A stretch of DNA of 40,828 bases. It comes from Candidatus Eiseniibacteriota bacterium. Its GTDB lineage: Bacteria; Eisenbacteria; RBG-16-71-46; CAZEPH01. Positions within the stretch are counted from its first letter, which is position 1. Every line of letters begins with the position of its first letter. This document shows positions 1 through 6,722 of the stretch, piece by piece. The position numbers and the translations under genes are program-made. The notes beneath the pieces were generated by a model. It saw only the letters and a program-made list of their open reading frames with translations, had not been told where the DNA came from and made no database searches. Location: contig JBGATO010000032.1 in NCBI GenBank assembly GCA_044229145.1, positions 1-40,828 on the forward strand, read 5' to 3'.

Positions 1-381
1 GTGCGGCTCGGCATCCTGCCGGCGATGATCAGTCCCTACGTCGTCCGGCGAATCGGCGAGCGCCACGCGCGCGAACTCTTCCTCACCGGCGAACGCTTCG
101 ACGCGGCGCGCGCCGCGCAGGTCGGCCTGGTGCAACACGTGGTGGACGATGACGCACTCGACACCACCATCGACGGCATCGCGCGGCGGCTGCTCGACGG
201 CGCCCCGTCGGCGCAGGCGCGCATCAAGCGGCTGGTGCCGTTCATCGCCACCGCGAGCATGGACGAGGCGCGCGCCCGCACGCCGCACGAGATCGCGGAC
301 CAGCGGGCCACTGCGGAAGCGCGCGAAGGCCTCAGCGCGTTCCTCGAAAAGCGCAAGGCGGCGTGGGTGCCGCGCGACTGA
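1..381 (+). CDS. Enoyl-CoA hydratase/isomerase family protein, methylglutaconyl-CoA hydratase (LiuC)-like; 5' end outside the window
   Basis: Crotonase-family C-terminal half: RLGILPAMISPYVVRRIGERHARELFLTGERFDA...GLV...EAREGLSAFLEKRKAAW. ISPYVV is typical of methylglutaconyl-CoA hydratases, and a biotin carboxylase and HMG-CoA lyase lie downstream. Confidence 0.9.
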   Translation: MRLGILPAMISPYVVRRIGERHARELFLTGERFDAARAAQVGLVQHVVDDDALDTTIDGIARRLLDGAPSAQARIKRLVPFIATASMDEARARTPHEIADQRATAEAREGLSAFLEKRKAAWVPRD

Positions 382-391
382 GGCGCGAGGC

Positions 392-1135
392 CTAGCGAAT
401 TGCGGGCATCCACGCGCCGCGAGTGTCGCGCAGGTACTGCGCGACCGAGAGCGGGACGCGGCCGGTGAGCCGCGTGTAGTCGGGCGACGGAACGGGCGGC
501 GCGCTCGCCGTCACCAGCTCGCACGCGATGGCGCCGATGGAGCTCACGGCGGCACCCGGTGCGACGGCGGCCGCGGCGAATGCCTCCGCGGCGACCTGCG
601 CCCGCGCGATGCGCCGCCCCGCGATCACCGACACCATCGTGGCGACGTCGCGAAAGGCAAGCGCCTCGGGTCCGGTGATGTCGTACACACGGCCATCGTG
701 GCGCTCGGCGATGCCCTCCGTGGCGAGCCGCGAGACGGTCCGTGCGATATCGCGGGCATCGACCCAGGCCACGGCCGCGGTCTCCGACGGCATCATGAGT
801 GTCCCGGTGCCGACCGCCTCTCGCAGAAGGGCGGCCATGTCCTGCACGACCCACGCCGTGCGCACCACCGCGCAGGCAAGGCCGGCACCCGGCGACACGT
901 ACGAGGCCGCGGCGGTGCCCGGCGCTGCTCCCCCCAGCTCCACCAGTAGCACCTCGCGTGCGCCGCGCGCCGACAATTGCTGCAATTCCGCTGTCACATC
1001 GGCGCGATGTGCGGGACGAATGACGCAGACGCAGCGTGCGTCCGCCTCTCCCCACCGTGTCGCGCAGACGTCATCCCATACGCCTCGCCGCTGGAGCGCC
1101 TCTCCGACCGGGTGGGCGTCACCCATGAGTTGCAT
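392..1135 (-). CDS. NmrA/atypical SDR-like protein with degenerate, shortened N-terminus
   Basis: The C-terminal half matches the NmrA-like pattern (VAWVDARDIA...GRVYDITGPEALAFRDVA...GRRI). Start placed at ATG 1135 (alternative TTG 1141) downstream of a GAGGAG SD. The longer ORF to 1426 overlaps the TetR gene. Confidence 0.65.
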   Translation of the reverse strand: MQLMGDAHPVGEALQRRGVWDDVCATRWGEADARCVCVIRPAHRADVTAELQQLSARGAREVLLVELGGAAPGTAAASYVSPGAGLACAVVRTAWVVQDMAALLREAVGTGTLMMPSETAAVAWVDARDIARTVSRLATEGIAERHDGRVYDITGPEALAFRDVATMVSVIAGRRIARAQVAAEAFAAAAVAPGAAVSSIGAIACELVTASAPPVPSPDYTRLTGRVPLSVAQYLRDTRGAWMPAIR

Positions 1136-1286
1136 GCCCAAACGACAGACTCCTCTTCCAGACTCCCTACGTGGGCTCCCCAATTGACGTGCGGAAGCGC
1201 CGGGTGATTTAGTGGCGCAGAGCGTGGCGCCTCGTGCGGCGCTTCCCGCTCGCGCACCGGACCCCTCTCTCAGGAGCTCCTCGGCA

Positions 1287-1952
1287 ATGGCACGCTGGGA
1301 ACGCCGCAAGCAAGATCGTCCCGCGGAAATCCTCGACGCTGCGCTGCAGTTGTTCGTGGAGCGCGGATTTCGCTCGACTCGCTTGGAGGATGTTGCCGCA
1401 CTCGCGGGTGTCACCAAGGGCACCATCTATCTCTACTATCGCAACAAGGAAGCGCTCTTCGTCAACGTGGTGCGGTCGACGATCGAGCCGTTCCTCAACG
1501 AAGCGGAACAGACGGTGGCGGGCTACGAGGGTTCCGCCTCGGCCCTGCTCGCGATGCTGGTCGAGCAGTACTGGACGCGGCTCGGACACGACAGGATGGC
1601 GTCGATCACGCGCCTGATGCAAGTCGAAGGCGCCAACTTCCCCGATCTCGCCGAGTATTTCGTCGTCGAAGTGCTGGGCCGCGGCCGCGGCCTCATCGCC
1701 CAGATCCTGGCGCTCGGCACCGCGCGCGGCGAGTTCCGCCCGATCGAGCCGCTCTACTTTGCGGAGACGTTGTTCGCGGTGATCGAGCTCGCGTCGACGC
1801 AGCAGCACACCTTTCGCAGACACGATCCGCATCCCGCCGACGGGACGGCGTTGGTGCAGGTGGCCACCGATCTGCTGCTGCGGGGCCTGCAAGTGCGCCC
1901 CGGCGAATCGCACGCACCGGCGGCGCCTCCTCGGAAGCCGAACGTCGTCTAA
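1287..1952 (+). CDS. TetR/AcrR family transcriptional regulator
   Basis: HTH signature ILDAALQLFVERGFRSTRLEDVAALAGVTKGTIYLYYRNKEALF; AGGAG SD at 1272-1276 before ATG 1287. Confidence 0.95.
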   Translation: MARWERRKQDRPAEILDAALQLFVERGFRSTRLEDVAALAGVTKGTIYLYYRNKEALFVNVVRSTIEPFLNEAEQTVAGYEGSASALLAMLVEQYWTRLGHDRMASITRLMQVEGANFPDLAEYFVVEVLGRGRGLIAQILALGTARGEFRPIEPLYFAETLFAVIELASTQQHTFRRHDPHPADGTALVQVATDLLLRGLQVRPGESHAPAAPPRKPNVV

Positions 1953-1957
1953 CGAAA

Positions 1958-2030
1958 CGGCGCCCTCGCCTCGAGGGGCGAAGGCGCCGGTGAAGCCGCG
2001 GGGACGCGCCGGAGCGCGTTCAGGCCGCGG
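1958..2030. terminator. Two consecutive GC-rich hairpins between convergent tetR and sthA; probable bidirectional terminator region
   Basis: CGGCGCCCTCGCC...GGCGAAGGCGCCG (1958-1989) and CCGCGG-GACGCGC...GCGCGTT...CCGCGG (about 1996-2030). No long U tract. Confidence 0.5.
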
Positions 2031-3539
2031 TCACGCCGCGCGAGCCGACACGTCGTCGCCGAACGCCTCGGGCGCCGCGACGTGTGTCGGGTTCGACGTG
2101 CCGTGTCCGAGGCTGCGGAGTTTGTTGATGCCATCCAGAGCCGCCACCTTGTAGCACTCGGCGAGCGTCGGATAGTTGAAGACGTTGTTGACGAAGAAGT
2201 CCAGCGTGCCGCCGAGCGCCATCGCCGACTGGCCGATGTGCACCAGTTCCGCCGCGTGCGTGCCGAGCACCCACACGCCGAGGATCTGCCGCGTCTCGAG
2301 GTGGAAGATCAACTTCAGCATGCCATCGTGATCGCCGAGGATCTGGCCGCGCGCAGTGTCCTTGTAGCGGCCGATGCCGGTTTCGAACGGCACCGACTGC
2401 GCGGTGAGTTCCTCTTCGGTCGCGCCGACCCACGCGAGTTCCGGCACCGCGTAGATGCCGAACGGGAACAGCGCCGGCATGCTCTTCGCCTCGACGTTGT
2501 ACGCGTGACACACCGCGATGCGGCCCTGCTCCATGCCGGTGGACGCAAGCGACGGGAAGCCGATGACGTCGCCCACCGCGTAGATGTGCGGGACCGCCGT
2601 CTGGTAATGCTCGTTCACCGGAATGCGCCCGCGGTCGTCGCAGGTGAGGCCGGCGTTCTCGAGACCGAGGCCTTCGGTGGCGCCGACACGTCCGGCCGAC
2701 ACCATGACGATGTCCGCCGCGAGTTGCTTGCCGGACTTCATGGTGACGATCGGCGCGTGCGGCGCGCGCGCCTGGCCGTCCTCGTCGACCAGATGCAACG
2801 CCTGCGGCGCCGGCGCTTGCACCGATGCGACCTCCTCGCCCAAGCGGAAGGTCACGCGCAGCGCGCGCGCGTGGTACATGAGCGCATTTGCCATCTCACG
2901 GTCGACCATCTCGAGTAGCTCGGTGCGCTTGTCCATCAACGTGACCCGCACGCCGAGGGTCGCGAACATCGTCGCGTACTCGGTGCCGATGACACCCGCG
3001 CCGACGATGATCATCGACTTGGGCAACGCCTTCAGTTGCAGGATGTCGTCACTGGTCAGGATGGTGTGGTGGTCGACTTCGATGCCGCGCGGCACGCCTG
3101 GCGTGGTGCCGACCGCGATGATCATGTTGGTGGTGGTGAGCGGCATCGGCGCGATGCCATCGTCGACCAGGACCTCGTGCGGACCGGTGATGCGCGCGGT
3201 GCCTTCGTGCATGGTGACGCCGTTGCGCCACAACTGCGACTTCACCACCTCGCGCTCCTTGTGGCGCACGAGGTCGCAGCGCACGAAGAGATCCTGCGCG
3301 GTGATGTGCTCCTTGCCGCGGAACGACTCGCCGTACAGCGACCGCTGGCGGAAACCGGAGAGGTCGAGCACCGCCTCGCGCATCGTCTTCGACGGGATGG
3401 TGCCGGTGTTGAGGCAGACGCCGCCGACCTCGCGGGCGCGCTCCACCACCGCTACGCTCTTGCCGAGTTTGGCGGCTTGAATCGCCGCGCGCTGGCCCGC
3501 CGGGCCGCTGCCGATCACGATGAGGTCGTAGTGTTTCAT
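2031..3539 (-). CDS. sthA: Soluble (Si-specific) NAD(P)+ transhydrogenase
   Basis: YDLIVIGSGPAGQRAA FAD motif; GGVCLNTGTIPSK (Thr in place of the second redox Cys, as in STH); GAGVIGTEYA; C-terminal VFNYPTLAECYKVAALDG. Confidence 0.93.
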   Translation of the reverse strand: MKHYDLIVIGSGPAGQRAAIQAAKLGKSVAVVERAREVGGVCLNTGTIPSKTMREAVLDLSGFRQRSLYGESFRGKEHITAQDLFVRCDLVRHKEREVVKSQLWRNGVTMHEGTARITGPHEVLVDDGIAPMPLTTTNMIIAVGTTPGVPRGIEVDHHTILTSDDILQLKALPKSMIIVGAGVIGTEYATMFATLGVRVTLMDKRTELLEMVDREMANALMYHARALRVTFRLGEEVASVQAPAPQALHLVDEDGQARAPHAPIVTMKSGKQLAADIVMVSAGRVGATEGLGLENAGLTCDDRGRIPVNEHYQTAVPHIYAVGDVIGFPSLASTGMEQGRIAVCHAYNVEAKSMPALFPFGIYAVPELAWVGATEEELTAQSVPFETGIGRYKDTARGQILGDHDGMLKLIFHLETRQILGVWVLGTHAAELVHIGQSAMALGGTLDFFVNNVFNYPTLAECYKVAALDGINKLRSLGHGTSNPTHVAAPEAFGDDVSARAA

Positions 3540-3731
3540 GCGTCTCCCTACGCTGCGGGCCGTTCGCCGGGCGGCGAATGCGTGACGCGCGGCCATCCCG
3601 GCCGGCGCGGGTGCGTGATCCTTCGCCACCGGGTATCGGCTGAATCCCGTAGGACGATGAGGCGGGCGGGCGGCGGGACCGCCGGGCTGGGGAATCCCGC
3701 CACGGCTGGGCTCCGGCCCCCTCGGCGCGGG

Positions 3732-3761
3732 TCGACGCCGGGCCGCGCGCTCGGGTACTGT
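3732..3761 (+). promoter_or_regulatory. Candidate sigma70-type promoter of the biotin carboxylase operon
   Basis: TCGACG (3732-3737), N18, TACTGT (3756-3761), then 9 nt to ATG 3771; no clear SD. Confidence 0.4.
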
Positions 3762-3770
3762 GTGGGATCC

Positions 3771-5321
3771 ATGCCGACCATCTCATCCGTTCTGATCGCC
3801 AACCGGGGCGAAATCGCCTGCCGCATCGCCGCCGCCTGCCGCCTGGCCGGGCTGCGCTCGGTGGCTGTGTACTCCGACGCCGACCGCGACGCCCTGCACG
3901 TCCGCCGCTGCGACGCCGCGGTGCGCATCGGGCCAGCCGCCCCGGCGGAGTCCTACCTGAACATCGATGCGTTGATCGCCGCCGCGCGCGCGGCCGGTGC
4001 CGACGCGGTGCATCCCGGCTACGGCTTCCTCGCCGAACGCGCCCAACTCGCCGCCGCGTGCAACGCCGCGGGGCTGACCTTCATCGGTCCGCGCGAGGAA
4101 ACCATCCGCACGATGGGCGACAAGCGCGCCGCGCGCGCCGTCGCGATGGCCGCCGGCGTGCCGGTGGTGCCGGGCGCCGAGCTATCGTCCGACGGTGGCG
4201 CCGCGCTGGTCGACGAGGCGCTGGCCGCCGCCGCGCGCATCGGATATCCGGTGCTGGTGAAGGCGGCGATGGGCGGCGGCGGCAAAGGCATGAGCGTGGT
4301 CGGGTGCGCCGAGGACTTGCCCGCCGCGCTCGAAAGCGCGACCCGCATCGCGGCGTCGGCGTTCGGCGATGCCAGCGTCTATCTCGAGAAGTACGTGCCG
4401 GTGGCGCGCCACGTCGAAGTGCAGGTGCTGGGCGATGGCGAAGGCGGCGCGATTCACTTGCACGAACGCGAGTGCTCGCTGCAGCGCCGCCATCAGAAAT
4501 TGCTCGAGGAAACGCCGTCGATCGCACTCGACGACGCGCTGCGCGCCGCGATCACCGGCGCCGCCGTCGCGTTCGCGCGCGAGGCGCGATATCGCAGCGC
4601 CGGCACCTGTGAGTTCTTGCTGGCGCCCGACGGCTCGTTCTATTTCCTCGAGATGAACACGCGCATCCAAGTCGAGCATCCGGTGACCGAGATGGCGACC
4701 GGTGTGGATCTCGTCGCCGCGCAGTTCGCAATCGCGCGCGGCGAAGGTCTGCCGCTGGCGCAAGACGCGATCGCACCGCGCGGCCACGCGGTGGAGGTGC
4801 GTCTCTACGCCGAGGATCCCGCGCAGGGCTTCCTGCCGCAGGTCGGCGCGCTGCAACACGTCGCGTTCCCGCCGTTGCCGTTCACGCGTGTCGACGCCGG
4901 CATCGAGAGCGGCGGCGAAATCACCGTGCACTACGATCCCATGATCGCCAAGCTGATCGCCTGGGGCACGACGCGCGACGAGGCATACGATCGCCTCGCG
5001 ACGTTGCTCGACGCGACGGTGGTGCAGGGCGTGCGCACCAACTTGCCGCTCTTGCGCGCGTTGGTGCGCGATGCCGACGTACGCGCCGGCCGCGTGTCGA
5101 CGCAGGCGTTGGAGGCCACGCTGTTGCCGCGCTTGTTGCCGGCATTGGCGGAGGACGACGCGCTCGATCCGCTGCTGGTGGCCACCGCGGCGCTCGCCGA
5201 CATGCTGATGCCGGCGGGTTCTGCACCGGGAGCTGGCGTCGCGGCCGGCTCGGCACGCGGCGGCGATTGGGTGTCACCGTTCACACGACTCGCCGGCTGG
5301 CGCCACACGGGGTTGTCCTGA
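3771..5321 (+). CDS. Biotin carboxylase subunit of an acyl-CoA carboxylase (3-methylcrotonyl-CoA carboxylase alpha-like)
   Basis: VLIANRGEIA, HPGYGFLAE, GGGGKGM, ERECSLQRRHQK, FLEMNTRIQVEHPVTE, YDPMIAKLI. Confidence 0.95.
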   Translation: MPTISSVLIANRGEIACRIAAACRLAGLRSVAVYSDADRDALHVRRCDAAVRIGPAAPAESYLNIDALIAAARAAGADAVHPGYGFLAERAQLAAACNAAGLTFIGPREETIRTMGDKRAARAVAMAAGVPVVPGAELSSDGGAALVDEALAAAARIGYPVLVKAAMGGGGKGMSVVGCAEDLPAALESATRIAASAFGDASVYLEKYVPVARHVEVQVLGDGEGGAIHLHERECSLQRRHQKLLEETPSIALDDALRAAITGAAVAFAREARYRSAGTCEFLLAPDGSFYFLEMNTRIQVEHPVTEMATGVDLVAAQFAIARGEGLPLAQDAIAPRGHAVEVRLYAEDPAQGFLPQVGALQHVAFPPLPFTRVDAGIESGGEITVHYDPMIAKLIAWGTTRDEAYDRLATLLDATVVQGVRTNLPLLRALVRDADVRAGRVSTQALEATLLPRLLPALAEDDALDPLLVATAALADMLMPAGSAPGAGVAAGSARGGDWVSPFTRLAGWRHTGLS

Positions 5322-5812
5322 TGCGCACGACCTATCGCTACGGTTCGCGAACCTACGACGTCACCATCGCGCCGGGTTCCGACGACGGCCACTACGAGGT
5401 GACGGTCGACGATGTCGTCGTGCGCGTCGCCGCGTCGGTGGTCGCCGGCGGTAGCGCGCTGCGCGTGCACGACGGCGCATGCGAACGCACCGCTTTCGTG
5501 TCGCGAGTCGGCGCGATGCGCAGCGTGTCGATGCCAGGCGTCGGCGACGCGACGCTCGAACGGGTGGTACGCGGCGCCCGGCGCGATCGCGGCGCCGGTT
5601 CGTTGGCGTCGCCGATGCCGGGCAAGGTGGTCGCCGTGCGCGTGGCGGCGGGCGACGACGTCACCGCCGGCCAGGTGGTCGCGGTGGTCGAGGCGATGAA
5701 GATGGAGATGCCGCTCACGGCGCCGCGCGATGGACGGGTAGCGCGGGTGGTGGCGACGGTCGGCGAGATGGTGGACGCGGGCGTCGCGGTGGTGGAGCTG
5801 GAGGCCGAGTGA
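5321..5812 (+). CDS. Biotin carboxyl carrier subunit (BT-like N-terminus plus biotinyl domain)
   Basis: SPMPGKVV...VEAMKME biotinylation motif; ATG overlaps the upstream TGA (TGATG). Confidence 0.93.
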   Translation: MRTTYRYGSRTYDVTIAPGSDDGHYEVTVDDVVVRVAASVVAGGSALRVHDGACERTAFVSRVGAMRSVSMPGVGDATLERVVRGARRDRGAGSLASPMPGKVVAVRVAAGDDVTAGQVVAVVEAMKMEMPLTAPRDGRVARVVATVGEMVDAGVAVVELEAE

Positions 5813-6720
5813 GCGACGTCCGCCTCCTCGAAGTCGGGCCGCGCGACGGCTTGCAGAACGAGAAGGAGCGCATTCCGACCGATGTGAAGGTGGCGTTCGT
5901 CGACGCGCTCACGGCGGCCGGGCACACGCAAATCGAGGTGTCGTCGTTCGTGCGGCCGGACATGATTCCGCAACTCGACGACGCGCTCGAGGTGTTCGCG
6001 CGAATCGAGCGCAAGCCGGGAGTGCGCTACGTCGCGCTGATCCCCAACGTGAAGGGTCTCGAGCGCGCGCTGGAGAGCAGGCTCTCCGCGTTCGGCTTGT
6101 TCACCGCGGCCACCGACAGCTTTTCGCAGCGCAACACCAACATCGATGTCGCCGGATCGCTGGAGCGCTTGCGCGCCGTGGCGGCGGCGGCACGCGCCGC
6201 GGCGCCCGCCGGCTTGTGGATGCGTGGCTACATCTCGGTGTGCTTCGTGTGCCCCTACGAAGGGCGCGTCGCCACGGAGAAGGTGATCGACGTGGTGCGC
6301 GCGCTCGACGACATGGGCGTCGACGAAATCGGCATCAGCGACACCATCGGCGCGGCGACGCCACGCGATGTCGAGCGCGTGGTGAGCGCCGCGCTGCGCG
6401 TCGTGCCCGTCGAGCGCATCGCGCTGCACATGCACGACACCTACGGCATGGCGGTGGCGAACGTCCTCGAAGGACTGCGGCTCGGCGTGCGCTCGTTCGA
6501 CGCCTCGAGCGGCGGGCTCGGCGGTTGCCCGTACGCACCCGGCGCCACCGGCAATCTGGCGACGGAAGATCTGCTCTACGTATTGGAGAACGAAGGGTTG
6601 GCGACCGGCGTGTCGCTCGACAGACAGCGCGTCGCCTCGCACATCATCGCCGCGCAGCTCGGTCGCGCATTGCCGTCGCGGGTATTGCGGGCGCTCGACA
6701 CGAAGTCGGCGCGCAGCTGA
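5809..6720 (+). CDS. Hydroxymethylglutaryl-CoA lyase (LiuE/HmgL)
   Basis: EVGPRDGLQNE, DTIG, HMHDTYG, GGLGGCPYAPGATGNLATED; GTGA overlap with the upstream gene. Confidence 0.95.
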   Translation: MSDVRLLEVGPRDGLQNEKERIPTDVKVAFVDALTAAGHTQIEVSSFVRPDMIPQLDDALEVFARIERKPGVRYVALIPNVKGLERALESRLSAFGLFTAATDSFSQRNTNIDVAGSLERLRAVAAAARAAAPAGLWMRGYISVCFVCPYEGRVATEKVIDVVRALDDMGVDEIGISDTIGAATPRDVERVVSAALRVVPVERIALHMHDTYGMAVANVLEGLRLGVRSFDASSGGLGGCPYAPGATGNLATEDLLYVLENEGLATGVSLDRQRVASHIIAAQLGRALPSRVLRALDTKSARS

Positions 6721-6722
6721 GG

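Noticed and set aside
3036..3770. 245-aa N-terminal extension of the biotin carboxylase ORF
   Set aside because: It lies antisense to sthA and its upstream region. The family-typical start is MPTISSVLIANRGE at 3771.
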